From contig CANQVN010000002.1 of NCBI GenBank assembly GCA_947627315.1, positions 1 to 45,806 of the forward strand: DNA of 45,806 nt, given 5' to 3'. This stretch comes from an uncultured Clostridia bacterium. Its GTDB lineage: Bacteria; Bacillota; Clostridia; Oscillospirales; QAKW01. The notes under the pieces are model-generated. The model was not told the origin of the DNA and did no database searches. It worked only from the letters and a program-made list of their open reading frames with translations. Position 1 is the stretch's first letter; every line of letters starts with the position of its first letter. This document shows positions 17,671 to 28,205 of the stretch, one piece after another. Both the position numbers and the translations under genes were made by a program.

Positions 17671-18567
17671 TTAATCCTCTATATATTTAAGCTCACATTC
17701 AAGCTCTACCCCAAACTCCGCTTTAACTCTGTCTTTAATCTGACTGATAAGCGTGCGCACGTCGCTTGCCGTCGCGCCGCCCGTATTTACGATAAAGCCC
17801 GCGTGCTTCGGACTTACCATCGCGCCGCCGACGGATGCGCCTTTAAGCCCACAGTCCTCGATAAGCGCGCCTGCAAAATAGCCCTGCGGGCGCTTGAAAA
17901 CCGAGCCTGCGCTTGGCAAGTCCAAGGGCTGTTTTGCCTTTCGCATTTCGGTTAGCTGTAAAATCCGCTGTTCCGACTGCTCTTTGTCCCCTTTATTCAG
18001 CATCAGAAAGACCTTTGTTATAACACAGTTTCTGTCGGTGAAGCTTGAATATCTGTAGCCAAAGCTCAGCTTGTCTTTTTGAATTATCCTGACCTTTCCG
18101 CTCTCGTCCACATATTCCGCGCCGAAAACACAACGGGACATTTCTCCGTCATACGCGCCCGCGTTCATATAAAGCGCGCCGCCTATGCTGCCCGGTATGC
18201 CGTGCAGACACTCCATTCCCGCATAACCGCATGATACGGTATACTTTGCCGCCTTTGAAAGCTTGACGCCCGCCCCGAAGGCAAAAAAGCCGTCCTCCTG
18301 CGACATCTGTTCCATTTTATCCGTTTTGATTATAAGCGACTTTATCCCGCCGTCGGAAAACAGGACGTTTGAACAACGCCCGAACACGAGATATCTTATA
18401 TTGTGAGAGATGCAAAATCTCACAATTTTCGCGGTCTGTACGGAGTCCTCGGGATAACAGATAAGCCTTGCCGTGCCGCCTATCTTAAAAGACGAAATGT
18501 CGGACAGCTGCATATCGGAGCTGTATACTATATTGTTTTTAGCAAAAAAGTCAAGCAGCTCTGTCAT
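17671..18567 (-). CDS. murB: UDP-N-acetylenolpyruvoylglucosamine reductase
   Basis: FAD-binding FKIGG...GRCSNVL, GIPGSIGGA, and C-terminal SAGSVFKRP and HAGFIVN motifs. AGGAGGG RBS. Confidence 0.93.
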   Translation of the reverse strand: MTELLDFFAKNNIVYSSDMQLSDISSFKIGGTARLICYPEDSVQTAKIVRFCISHNIRYLVFGRCSNVLFSDGGIKSLIIKTDKMEQMSQEDGFFAFGAGVKLSKAAKYTVSCGYAGMECLHGIPGSIGGALYMNAGAYDGEMSRCVFGAEYVDESGKVRIIQKDKLSFGYRYSSFTDRNCVITKVFLMLNKGDKEQSEQRILQLTEMRKAKQPLDLPSAGSVFKRPQGYFAGALIEDCGLKGASVGGAMVSPKHAGFIVNTGGATASDVRTLISQIKDRVKAEFGVELECELKYIED

Positions 18568-18579
18568 TGGTCCCTCCTG

Positions 18580-21500
18580 TCAGAAAAGTGTAAGTTGACT
18601 TGTTTTCGGTATGTCGCCGAACACGCCGTACTCGTCGAACAAATCAATTATAGTCGCCGACACGCCCGAACGCATACGAAAATCCTCCTGAGATATGTAC
18701 CTGCCGCCGTCGCGGGATTTGGCAATATTCTCCGCCGCGTTTTCGCCGACTCCGGAAAACACCGAAAACGGCATTCTTATCTTTCCGTCCTCAATGACAA
18801 ACTTAAACGCATCCGACTTGTAAATATCGACCGGCAGAAATTCTATTCCCCGGGCAATAGCTTCGATAACTATCTGATACGTCGAGACGGTTTCCGCGTC
18901 TTTCTGCGACGGCTTTCCCTGCCGCTGGATACCGTCTATTATCTCTGACAGGCGCTCGCGTCCCTGCATTACATCCACCGCGTTGAACCCGTCCGGACGG
19001 ACAGTGAAGTAGACCGCGTAAAATTCAAGCGGGCGGTTTATTTTATACCAGCCCAGCCGCATGGCGGAAATGACATAAGCCGCCGCGTGAGCCTTCGGGA
19101 ACATATACTTGATTTTAAGGCAGGAGTCGATATACCACTCCGGCACGCCGTGCGCGCGCATCTCATCCTTCATGTCCTCGGTGAGCTGCTTTGCCGCCTT
19201 GCCCTTACGCACAATTTCCATTATCTTGAACGCAAGACCGCTGTCAAGCCCTTTATGGATAAGGTAAGTCATAATATTGTCACGCGTACCGATAACTTCC
19301 TCTATCGTACACGTTTTGCTGCGTATAAGCTCCTGCGCGTTGTCCGTCCACACGTCGGTGCCGTGGGACAGCCCTGAAATCTGGAGAAGGTCGGAAAAAT
19401 TCTTCGGGCGCGCCTCCATCATCATCTGGCGGACAAAGCTCGTTCCCATCTCGGGCAGTGCAAGAGTTCCCGTTTCACAGTTGATATCGGCGGGGGTGAC
19501 GCCCAGCTTTTCAGGACTTGTAAGCAGGCTGTACACGTCCTTATCGTTCATCGGGATATCCTCAAACTTCATATCCTGAATATCGTTGAGATATTTAAGC
19601 ATCGTGGGTACGTCGTGACCAAGAATATCAAGCTTCAGTATAGTATCGTGAAGCGAGTGGAAATCAAAATGTGTTGTCAGAATATCGCTCGACTGCTTTT
19701 CGGCGGGGTGCTGAATGGGACAAAAGTCATAAACACTGTATTTTTTCGGTATTACCACCATACCGCCCGGGTGTTGACCTGTCGTGCGGCGAACGCCGAC
19801 ACAGCCCTGCATAAGCCGCTGAGTCTCCGCCTTGTTGAGCGTTATATCCCGCTCCTCGGTATATTTTTTCACCATACCGAACGCCGTTTTATCCTGAAGC
19901 GTGCCGATAGTACCCGCTTTGAAAACATAGCCCGTGCCAAACAGCTCCTCGACATACTTATGAGCCTTTGCCTGATATATTCCGGAAAAGTTAAGGTCGA
20001 TATCAGGCACTTTATCGCCCTTAAAGCCGAGAAACGTCTCAAACGGTATGTCATGACCGTCCGTTTTAAGCTTCGTGCCGCAGACGGGGCAGTTTTTATC
20101 CTCCAAATCAAAGCCGGAGCCTATTTTACCGTCGTGGAAAAACTCGCTGTACTTGCACTTAGGGCAGAGATAGTGCGGAACGAGCGGATTTACCTCGGAT
20201 ATCCCCACCATGGAGGCGACAAATGACGAGCCGACCGAGCCGCGCGAGCCGACCGAGAATCCGTCGTCGTTTGACTTTTTGACAAGCTTCTGAGCTATCA
20301 TATACATGACGGCATAGCCGTTGTTTATTATTGAGTCAAGCTCTCTGTTAAGCCGCGTTTCAACATATTCGGGTATCGGGTCGCCGTAAAGCCGTTTGCA
20401 GTTTGACACGGCGATTTCACGCAGTTCATCCTCACAGCCGTCCATTTCCGGCGCATGCATACCGTCGGGAATAGGGATTATTTCCTCGGTCATATCCGCA
20501 ATGAGGTTTGTATTGTCTATAACGACGCGGCGGGCGACGTCCTTCCCGAGATATGAAAACTCGGAAAGCATTTCGTCGGTCGTTCTTAAATAAAGCGGCG
20601 GCTGCCTGTCCGCATCCTCTTTATTATAGCCCTGCCCCGCCATGAGAATACGCCTGAAGCACTCGTCCTCCTTATTTAGAAAATGCACATCGCATGTCGC
20701 AACGGCGGGCTTTGACAGCTTATCGGCAAGCTTTACAAGCATTATGTTTATTTTTTCAAGATCCGATACGTCGTTTACATACTTGCTGTCGTTTAAAAGG
20801 TGCATATTGTTGCCAAGCGGCTGTATTTCGATATAATCGTAAAACGCGGCGACAGCCAGGCAGTCCTCCTCGACAGCCCCCGACAGGATTTCCCTGTAAA
20901 GTTCTCCGGCTTCACAGGCGCTGCCGATAATAAGACCCTCGCGCAGGTCGCAAATTTCGCTTTTATACATGAGCGGGCGGCGGTAGAAATGCTCTATCTG
21001 TGAATATGTGACAAGCTTATACAGATTTTTTAATCCCTGCCTGTTTTTCGCGATTAAAATTATATGGTAACGCGGGGCGTCTTTATAATCAAAGCTGTCG
21101 ATTTTATAGCTGCCGCCTCTGACGTTTACAAAGCCCTTTTCAATCAGGACGGCGAATATTGCGGAAAGCATTTCCGCGTCGTCTATCGCGCGATGATGGT
21201 TAAAATCATCCACGCCGAGGCTATGTGCGACAGTATCCAGCTTTACGTTTTTAAGCTCCGGAAAGGCTTTGCGGCAGAGTGGCACGGTGTCTATACTTCT
21301 GAAATCGAAGCTAATCCCGCACCGGCGGCACGCGGATTTAATAAACGAGCAGTCAAATCCCGCGTTGTGCGCCACAAGCGTCGGGTAATCCGAGCAGAAC
21401 TCGATGAATTTCGGCAAGACCTCGTTTATCGCGGGAGCATCCTTTACCATCTCGTCGGTTATGCCCGTAAGCTTAACTATTTCGTCCGGTATCGGTCTGC

Positions 21501-22848
21501 CCGGATTTACAAACGACTGAAATCGGTCGATTATTTTGCCGGAGCGAACCTTGCAGGCTCCGATTTCGGTTATTTGCTCGCTTTCGCATTTAAGACCTGT
21601 CGTCTCCAAATCGAAAACTATATATTCGTCATGCGCGCAGTCGTCGACAAGGTAGCCCTCGACGCCGTAAATTATCTTAACACCGTAGAACTTTGCGGCT
21701 GACTGTGCCGACGGATACGCCTGAAGACTGCCGTGGTCCGTTACAGCGATTGCCTTGTGTCCCCAGGCGGCGGCAGTTTTAACATAGTCGTCGATGTCGT
21801 TTATCGCGTCCATTGCGGACATACTTGTATGCAGGTGAAGTTCTACCCGCTTTTGCTCGCTTGTATCTTCCCGCGTGTACTTTTTCGCCTTTGCAATCGC
21901 CTGCGCGTTTATGACGTAGTCTCTTTCAAACTGGTCGTATATCATATCGCCGGATACGGCGATACTGGCGCCCTCTTTAAGCTCGTCCTCAACCTCGTCC
22001 GCGCCCTCTGCCGGCACCTGAAATTTTACAATGGCTGAGCCTGTCGTATCGTAAATATATGCCGTGCAGCGTTTTTTCTTTTTATTAAACGTGAGCTTTG
22101 ACTCAAACTTGAATATCTGTCCTATAACGGTAATCGAGTGCATTTCCTCGCCGTTTACGTCACCCAGAAGGACAAACGCGCCGGACAGTTTTCTGCCGAA
22201 AATCACACCGCTTTCGTCAAGCTTAAACGGGGTCGTGATATCGAGCGGCAGATTTGAGCTTTGGCGGCGGGGGGCGCCGCCTGTCCGCCGCGGCGGGGCG
22301 ACATTCTCTTTTACAGGGGGCGGCGGAACGTTGTCGCTTGTAAAAAAACCGCTGTCCGGCGCTGCAAAGTCATCGCCATTATCGTTTATAACGACCCTGT
22401 AATTTTCGCCGAAACGCTCTGAAATAATCGCAGATATTCTACGCTCGATACCCGCCTCTTTCAGTATATCCTCGCCGCCGTGGCAGAGCGTCAGCGACAA
22501 GACTCCGTCTGATACGCTTATTTCGGAATTGTTGAGAAACCCGTTTGCAACAGGACAGCGAGCTTTTATTTCTTCGGCAATATCCCGCCAGTACTCCTTC
22601 GAAAAAGCCACGCCCTTGCAGGTATAGGAGCATTCAAGGAAATTAAGCGAGTAGGTTTTTTTAACGCTGCTCTCAAAGGCAAGCAGCGTGTCCGCATCGA
22701 CATAACGATAAAACACAATGTCGGCTTTGAGCATTCTCTGTTCCTTGTTGACGGCGACATAAGTCACCTCCGCATCCGAAAAGAGCGAAATTTCCCTCTC
22801 GTCAAACCTGCATTTATTAAAAAGTGTAAGCAATTTTCTTACATTCAT
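18580..22848 (-). CDS. polC: DNA polymerase III PolC-type (replicative polymerase with intrinsic 3'-5' exonuclease)
   Basis: 1422 aa. PHP domain VELHLHTSMSAMD, an inserted DEDDh exonuclease (VFDLETTGL...HNAGFD...HRAIDDA), a zinc module CPKC...CPVCG and a PDIDLNF motif. Confidence 0.97.
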   Translation of the reverse strand: MNVRKLLTLFNKCRFDEREISLFSDAEVTYVAVNKEQRMLKADIVFYRYVDADTLLAFESSVKKTYSLNFLECSYTCKGVAFSKEYWRDIAEEIKARCPVANGFLNNSEISVSDGVLSLTLCHGGEDILKEAGIERRISAIISERFGENYRVVINDNGDDFAAPDSGFFTSDNVPPPPVKENVAPPRRTGGAPRRQSSNLPLDITTPFKLDESGVIFGRKLSGAFVLLGDVNGEEMHSITVIGQIFKFESKLTFNKKKKRCTAYIYDTTGSAIVKFQVPAEGADEVEDELKEGASIAVSGDMIYDQFERDYVINAQAIAKAKKYTREDTSEQKRVELHLHTSMSAMDAINDIDDYVKTAAAWGHKAIAVTDHGSLQAYPSAQSAAKFYGVKIIYGVEGYLVDDCAHDEYIVFDLETTGLKCESEQITEIGACKVRSGKIIDRFQSFVNPGRPIPDEIVKLTGITDEMVKDAPAINEVLPKFIEFCSDYPTLVAHNAGFDCSFIKSACRRCGISFDFRSIDTVPLCRKAFPELKNVKLDTVAHSLGVDDFNHHRAIDDAEMLSAIFAVLIEKGFVNVRGGSYKIDSFDYKDAPRYHIILIAKNRQGLKNLYKLVTYSQIEHFYRRPLMYKSEICDLREGLIIGSACEAGELYREILSGAVEEDCLAVAAFYDYIEIQPLGNNMHLLNDSKYVNDVSDLEKINIMLVKLADKLSKPAVATCDVHFLNKEDECFRRILMAGQGYNKEDADRQPPLYLRTTDEMLSEFSYLGKDVARRVVIDNTNLIADMTEEIIPIPDGMHAPEMDGCEDELREIAVSNCKRLYGDPIPEYVETRLNRELDSIINNGYAVMYMIAQKLVKKSNDDGFSVGSRGSVGSSFVASMVGISEVNPLVPHYLCPKCKYSEFFHDGKIGSGFDLEDKNCPVCGTKLKTDGHDIPFETFLGFKGDKVPDIDLNFSGIYQAKAHKYVEELFGTGYVFKAGTIGTLQDKTAFGMVKKYTEERDITLNKAETQRLMQGCVGVRRTTGQHPGGMVVIPKKYSVYDFCPIQHPAEKQSSDILTTHFDFHSLHDTILKLDILGHDVPTMLKYLNDIQDMKFEDIPMNDKDVYSLLTSPEKLGVTPADINCETGTLALPEMGTSFVRQMMMEARPKNFSDLLQISGLSHGTDVWTDNAQELIRSKTCTIEEVIGTRDNIMTYLIHKGLDSGLAFKIMEIVRKGKAAKQLTEDMKDEMRAHGVPEWYIDSCLKIKYMFPKAHAAAYVISAMRLGWYKINRPLEFYAVYFTVRPDGFNAVDVMQGRERLSEIIDGIQRQGKPSQKDAETVSTYQIVIEAIARGIEFLPVDIYKSDAFKFVIEDGKIRMPFSVFSGVGENAAENIAKSRDGGRYISQEDFRMRSGVSATIIDLFDEYGVFGDIPKTSQLTLF

Positions 22849-23879
22849 AGCTTTTCTATTTCTTTCATAAATTCGTCAAAAAGCATATTATACGGCACTT
22901 TTCTGACAATAACGCCCTTTTTGAAAATAAGAGCCTCGTTATTTCCGCCAGCGATGCCGATATCCGCCTCGCGCGCCTCCCCCGGACCGTTTACGGCGCA
23001 GCCCATAACCGCCACCTTTATTTTCTTTTCACATCCGGAAAGCGCCGCCTCTATCTTTTCGGCAAGCGGAATAAGGTCGATGCGGCACCTGCCGCAGGTC
23101 GGGCAGGAGACAAACGTAACACCGCCTTTGGCAATACCGAGCGCGCGCAGGATATCATAACCCGCTTTCACCTCGTATATCGGGTCGGCAGTGAGAGAGA
23201 CGCGTATCGTGTCGCCGATGCCGTCTGCAAGCAAAGAGCCGATTCCGACGGCGTTTTTAATAACGCCCATATGGCGCGTACCCGCCTCGGTAACGCCGAG
23301 GTGAAGCGGATAATCGCACTTGCCGGAAAGCAGACGATAGCCCTCTATCATCGTTTTCACATCGGACGATTTTATTGATATTACAATGTCGTTAAAGTCA
23401 AATTTTTCAAGCAGAGACGCATGGTAGAGCGCGCTTTCAACAAGCGCGTCCGCCGTCGGCGCGCCATATTTTGATAGAATGCTTTTTTCGAGCGAACCGC
23501 CGTTTACTCCGATGCGTATCGGCACGCCCGCGCTCTTACAGGCGTCAGCCACCGCCTTTACCCTGCTGTCGTCGCCGATGTTGCCGGGGTTTATCCTTAT
23601 CTTGTCCGCGCCGGCGGCAACGCTTTCAAGCGCAAGCTTATAATCGAAATGAATATCGGCGACTATGGGGACACTGACCTTTTCTTTAAGCGCGAATATC
23701 GTTTTTACCGATTGAATATCGGGAACGGCAAGTCTTATAATCTCACAGCCCGCGTTTTGCAGCTCAATCGCCTGTCTTACGGCGCCCTCAACATCATCTG
23801 CGCAGGCGGACAGCATCGACTGGACATAAATATGCTTTTTATCGCCGAGTATAAGATTTTTAACCTTTACAAGCCTCAT
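22845..23879 (-). CDS. ispG: 4-hydroxy-3-methylbut-2-en-1-yl diphosphate synthase (flavodoxin) IspG/GcpE
   Basis: VQSM, RINPGNIG, and C-terminal cluster Cys motifs SCPTCGRC and MGCAVNGPGE. Its stop overlaps the polC start (ATGA). Confidence 0.95.
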   Translation of the reverse strand: MRLVKVKNLILGDKKHIYVQSMLSACADDVEGAVRQAIELQNAGCEIIRLAVPDIQSVKTIFALKEKVSVPIVADIHFDYKLALESVAAGADKIRINPGNIGDDSRVKAVADACKSAGVPIRIGVNGGSLEKSILSKYGAPTADALVESALYHASLLEKFDFNDIVISIKSSDVKTMIEGYRLLSGKCDYPLHLGVTEAGTRHMGVIKNAVGIGSLLADGIGDTIRVSLTADPIYEVKAGYDILRALGIAKGGVTFVSCPTCGRCRIDLIPLAEKIEAALSGCEKKIKVAVMGCAVNGPGEAREADIGIAGGNNEALIFKKGVIVRKVPYNMLFDEFMKEIEKL

Positions 23880-23889
23880 AAAAACGACC

Positions 23890-24918
23890 TCAGAACAATT
23901 TTATAACGTCTTTGACTGTAATTACCGCCATAAGCGCAAGAAGCAGTATCAGTCCTGCCGCGTTTATTGAGTATTCGACCTTTTGACTGAGCGGCTTTCT
24001 GCGCACCGCCTCAATCGCAAGCAGCAGTATCCTGCCGCCGTCAAGCGCGGGAAACGGGAGCAGGTTCACAATCCCGAGATTTATCGAAATCAGCGCTACG
24101 ACAAGCAAAAGCGAGTCAAGCCCGAGCTTTACGCTCTCCCCAATCGCTGTCGTCGTGCCGACAGGACCGGACACCTGATTTATATCAGCCTTGCCTGTAA
24201 ACAGAGTTCCGAAAAACGAATAGATTGATTTTGAAATGGACACCGTCCAGTCGAAGGAATATTTGACGGTCGATATAAACGAACGCTTGACGCCGAAAAC
24301 GACAAAGTCGATGGAAAAACACTCGCCGAGCTGTTCGTCTTCAACGACAGGAAAGCTGACCTTGTCAAGCGTCACCTTACCGCCGTCTCTCAAAACGGTG
24401 ACGGATACGGGGTCTGTCCCCGCCGTGGCAAGAGCATAGGTCATATCAAGGTAGCTGTTTACTCCGTAACCGTTGATATCAACTATTTCATCATTTTCCT
24501 TAAGCCCGCCCGCATTTGAAACGGCGTTATCGTCAAACTGTGCGACGACTGTCGTCGGCAGCAGGGCGCGCTGGGAATTTATAATGCAAATCAGGATAAA
24601 GCCGAGCAGAATATTCATAAGCGCGCCGGTCACGAGTATCAAAAAACGCTTCCAGTACGGCTTTTTGTTAAATGAGTTTTCGTCAGTCCCGTCGCCGTCC
24701 TCGCCGTCCATCTGGACGTAACCGCCTATCGGCAGAACGCGGACGCTGTAAAGCGTTTCCTTGCCCTGCTTTTTGAAAATGGCGGGTCCCATGCCTATCG
24801 AAAACTCATTCACTTTGACCTTGCATGCCTTTGCAACAAAAAAATGCCCAGCCTCATGCGCTAAAATTAGCACTCCGAATACGAGCAATGTGACAATGAT
24901 ATACAAAAAAGTCTGCAT
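23890..24918 (-). CDS. rseP: RIP metalloprotease RseP/YluC (M50 site-2 protease with PDZ domain)
   Basis: HEAGHF zinc motif in TM1, a central PDZ (GLKENDEIVDINGY) and a C-terminal NLLPFPALDGG motif. Confidence 0.9.
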   Translation of the reverse strand: MQTFLYIIVTLLVFGVLILAHEAGHFFVAKACKVKVNEFSIGMGPAIFKKQGKETLYSVRVLPIGGYVQMDGEDGDGTDENSFNKKPYWKRFLILVTGALMNILLGFILICIINSQRALLPTTVVAQFDDNAVSNAGGLKENDEIVDINGYGVNSYLDMTYALATAGTDPVSVTVLRDGGKVTLDKVSFPVVEDEQLGECFSIDFVVFGVKRSFISTVKYSFDWTVSISKSIYSFFGTLFTGKADINQVSGPVGTTTAIGESVKLGLDSLLLVVALISINLGIVNLLPFPALDGGRILLLAIEAVRRKPLSQKVEYSINAAGLILLLALMAVITVKDVIKLF

Positions 24919-24920
24919 GA

Positions 24921-26057
24921 CTACTCCTTAGCGTTTTTATTTACATAATCGCGCGCGGCGGCATCCGCCGCGATAACAGCGTCCAGCCCGTCGCCTGAGG
25001 CACTGACGGCGTTCAGCGTGTTCTCGACGATATCCGCAATATCGGCAAAGCCTATTCTGTCCTGCAAAAACAGAGAAACGGCGCACTCGTTGGCGGCGTT
25101 CATAACGGCGGGACACAGTCCGCCCGCCTCAGACGACGCTATCGCCAAATCAAGGCACCTGAATGTTTTTCGGTCCGGCTTTTCAAAGGTGAGCTTTTTG
25201 CCGAAAAGAGAAAGCTCATGACCGCCGCTGTGAACGCGCACGGGATATGTAAGAGCATATTTTATCGGCAGATACATCCGCGGAACGCCGAGCTGAGCTA
25301 TTACGGAGTTATCCTCAAACTCAACGGCGGAATGGACAATGCTCTCGCGGTGTATGAGTACCTCGATATCCTCTGTTTCAACTCCGAACAGCCACTTTGC
25401 CTCTATCACCTCAAGACCTTTGTTCATAAGCGTGGCGCTGTCAACCGTGATTTTTGCGCCCATCGACCAGTTGGGATGGCGCAGAGCGTCGCTTTTAGTT
25501 ACGGTTTTAAGCTTTTCAGCCGTCATACCGTAAAAAGGACCGCCCGACGCCGTGAGCAGAATTTTGCGTATTTTATTTCCGTCCGCGCCGTTTAAGCACT
25601 GGAAAATCGCGCTGTGCTCCGAGTCTACAGGAATAATCTGCGCGCCATACCGCTTTGCAAGCGGCATAATAATATGCCCCGCGCAGACAAGCGTCTCTTT
25701 GTTGGCAAGACCTATTCGCTTCCCCGCCTCTATCGCGGCGACTGTCGGCAAAAGTCCTATCATACCGGACATTGCCGTTATCACCGTGTCCGACGCCGCA
25801 AACCGCGCCACCTCAATATTGCCTTTTTCGCCTTCTATAACCTCAATATCGGTGTCGCTCAGCCGCTCGCGGAGCTTTTGGGCGCAGATACTGTCGTAAA
25901 TACCGACAAGCTTTACGTTAAACAGGCGCGCCTGACGCTCCGCGAGATCAATATTTTTGTTTGCCGATATGGCGTCAACTGTTATGTTAAGGTCGCGGCA
26001 GACCTCCAGCGTCTGCCTGCCTATCGAGCCTGTTGAGCCGAGAATTGAAACGGACAT
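24921..26057 (-). CDS. dxr: 1-deoxy-D-xylulose 5-phosphate reductoisomerase
   Basis: ILGSTGSIGRQTL NADPH motif, LANKE, DSEHSA and NAANE motifs. Confidence 0.95.
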   Translation of the reverse strand: MSVSILGSTGSIGRQTLEVCRDLNITVDAISANKNIDLAERQARLFNVKLVGIYDSICAQKLRERLSDTDIEVIEGEKGNIEVARFAASDTVITAMSGMIGLLPTVAAIEAGKRIGLANKETLVCAGHIIMPLAKRYGAQIIPVDSEHSAIFQCLNGADGNKIRKILLTASGGPFYGMTAEKLKTVTKSDALRHPNWSMGAKITVDSATLMNKGLEVIEAKWLFGVETEDIEVLIHRESIVHSAVEFEDNSVIAQLGVPRMYLPIKYALTYPVRVHSGGHELSLFGKKLTFEKPDRKTFRCLDLAIASSEAGGLCPAVMNAANECAVSLFLQDRIGFADIADIVENTLNAVSASGDGLDAVIAADAAARDYVNKNAKE

Positions 26058-26902
26058 TATATCAAAAATCCTTTCACAGTTATAAGCATATAGAAAAACG
26101 GAGTGATGAAAATCAGACTGTCCAGCCTGTCAAGCACACCGCCATGCCCCGGCAGCAGGTTGCCGAAATCCTTTATACCGTAGCTGCGTTTGATGTAGGA
26201 AAAGGACAGGTCGCCTATCTGACCTATGACGGAACACAGAAGGGCATAGAAAATTGCAAGCGGCATATGGACAGAAACGTCCGAAACCGACCTGTAAATA
26301 AGCAGAGCGGCTAAGGTTACCAAAATGGCTGCGACTGTGCCGCCGATACATCCCTCGACAGTCTTTTTCGGGCTGATATTCGGCGCGAAGCGATGCTTTC
26401 CGAGCAGCATGCCCGTAAGATATGCAAAAACATCCGTCGCCCACGAAAAGCAGACAATTACAAGTATCATATAAAACAGACCGTGTTTTTCACACTGCCT
26501 GAGTAATATTATGTTTGATAAAAAGCAGGTTATGACAAGCGAAACAAACATAACGGTAGACGCATCGCTGAACTTTATCCTGTCAAAGTTGAGCATAGCC
26601 ATTACCATAAAGGATATCAGGTACAAAAACGTAAGCAAAATAATAATGTAGTAAGGGCTTTTGTTCACATGCTCTTTGAAAAGCAGCGAAAGAGGGACAA
26701 GGAAAGCATATATAAGGCAGGGCGTTAAAAACCGCTTGCTTTTTGAAAAGCCTATCGCGTTTACCGCCTCATATATGCACATCATGGAAATGAACGAAAT
26801 TGTCAGCTCAAACAAGTAACTGAAAAAGGACGCCGCCACCATTGCCGAGAATATTGCAAGTATAAGAAGCGATGTCATCAGTCTTGTAGCAAAATTTTTC
26901 AT
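26057..26902 (-). CDS. cdsA: Phosphatidate cytidylyltransferase
   Basis: Polytopic membrane protein with the C-terminal CDS signature SYIKRSYGIKDFGNLLPGHGGVLDRLDS. Confidence 0.9.
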   Translation of the reverse strand: MKNFATRLMTSLLILAIFSAMVAASFFSYLFELTISFISMMCIYEAVNAIGFSKSKRFLTPCLIYAFLVPLSLLFKEHVNKSPYYIIILLTFLYLISFMVMAMLNFDRIKFSDASTVMFVSLVITCFLSNIILLRQCEKHGLFYMILVIVCFSWATDVFAYLTGMLLGKHRFAPNISPKKTVEGCIGGTVAAILVTLAALLIYRSVSDVSVHMPLAIFYALLCSVIGQIGDLSFSYIKRSYGIKDFGNLLPGHGGVLDRLDSLIFITPFFYMLITVKGFLI

Positions 26903-27636
26903 ATTCCTCCAAATCTCCTGTTACGTTGCTGATAATCGTATATTGCGCGTTCAAGGTGCTCCGGCTTAAAATCGGGCCAGAGTACGTCAGAGTACCAAAA
27001 TTCGGCGTATGCCGACTGCCACAGCAGAAAATTGGAAAGCCGCTGTTCGCCGCTCGGGCGGATTATCAAATCCACCGAGTCGAAATCCTCATAATACAGG
27101 TTTTTCCCTACAAGCTCGGGGGTGATATCCTCGGGCGACAGCCTGCCCTCCACACACTTTCTCGCAAGCGCGGCGGCGGCGTGGGTTATCTCCTGTCTTC
27201 CGCCGTAATTCAGCGCGATATACAGCGTCGTATCGCCAAACTGCTCGGTGAGAGCCATAACCCTGTCCATTTTATCAAGCAGCCTTTTGCCAAGACGCTC
27301 GCGGCTGCCTATAAAACGGATGCGCACCTTCTGGTTCATAAAATCGTCCAGCGCCTCGTCTATCATCTGATCGAGCAGCTGCATAATTCTGTCAATCTCG
27401 CTTTCGGGGCGCTTCCAGTTTTCCGTCGAAAAAGCGTATACGGTGAGATTTTTAAGTCCCATATCCCTGGCGTAAAAAACTATTTTTTTAAATACCTTCA
27501 CGCCGACCGCGTGACCCGCGGTGCGGGGCAATCCGCGCTTTTTAGCCCATCTGCCGTTGCCGTCCATTATTATTCCGACGTGGTTTGGAAGACAGCTTCT
27601 GTCCGCTATCGGCTTGGTTTTACTGTTGTCAGGCAT
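26899..27636 (-). CDS. uppS: Isoprenyl transferase (undecaprenyl diphosphate synthase)
   Basis: HVGIIMDGNGRWA, FSTENWKRP and RLSNFLLWQ(S)AYAE motifs. Confidence 0.95.
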   Translation of the reverse strand: MPDNSKTKPIADRSCLPNHVGIIMDGNGRWAKKRGLPRTAGHAVGVKVFKKIVFYARDMGLKNLTVYAFSTENWKRPESEIDRIMQLLDQMIDEALDDFMNQKVRIRFIGSRERLGKRLLDKMDRVMALTEQFGDTTLYIALNYGGRQEITHAAAALARKCVEGRLSPEDITPELVGKNLYYEDFDSVDLIIRPSGEQRLSNFLLWQSAYAEFWYSDVLWPDFKPEHLERAIYDYQQRNRRFGGI

Positions 27637-27650
27637 TAAACGCGGCTCCC

Positions 27651-28205
27651 TTATACACTCATTATTTCCTTTTCCTTATCGGAAACGACAGATTCGACTT
27701 TTTTGATATAGCTGTCAGTAAGCTTCTGGATATCATTTTCCGCCTCTTTGAGGTCGTCCTCTGTTATCTCATGGCTTTTTTCCTGTTTTTTATACTTTTC
27801 AATGAAATCGCGGCGGATATTGCGTATTGCGACCTTTGTCTCCTCTCCGTACTTTTTACTCTCCTTGACAAGCTCGCGCCTGCGCTCCTCAGTCGGCTGC
27901 GGAAACAGCAGTCTTATCACCTTGCCGTCGTTGGCGGGGTTTATCCCGACGTCCGACGCCTGAATGGCTTTTTCTATTTCTTTGATAAGCGAAACGTCCC
28001 ACGGCTGGATGACAAGCATCCGCGGCTCAGGCACGCTGACGGCAGCCACTTCCGTAATTTTGGACATTGCGCCGTAGTACTCGACACGGATTTTGTCAAG
28101 CACCGAAGGGTTAGCACGCCCCGCTCTGAGCGTGTGAAGCTGCTCGTCAAGCGATGATATCGCCTTGCTCATTTTACTGTCAATTTCAGGGTAGTTAGTC
28201 GACAT
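27651..28205 (-). CDS. frr: Ribosome recycling factor
   Basis: 184 aa. [13 protein letters not shown](F/W)D and IRNIRRD motifs. Confidence 0.95.
   Translation of the reverse strand: MSTNYPEIDSKMSKAISSLDEQLHTLRAGRANPSVLDKIRVEYYGAMSKITEVAAVSVPEPRMLVIQPWDVSLIKEIEKAIQASDVGINPANDGKVIRLLFPQPTEERRRELVKESKKYGEETKVAIRNIRRDFIEKYKKQEKSHEITEDDLKEAENDIQKLTDSYIKKVESVVSDKEKEIMSV

Noticed and set aside
28195-28205. 11-nt overlap of the pyrH 3' end with the frr start, considered as a possible frameshift or mis-annotation.
   Set aside because: Both proteins are full length with intact terminal motifs, so the overlap is ordinary translational coupling.
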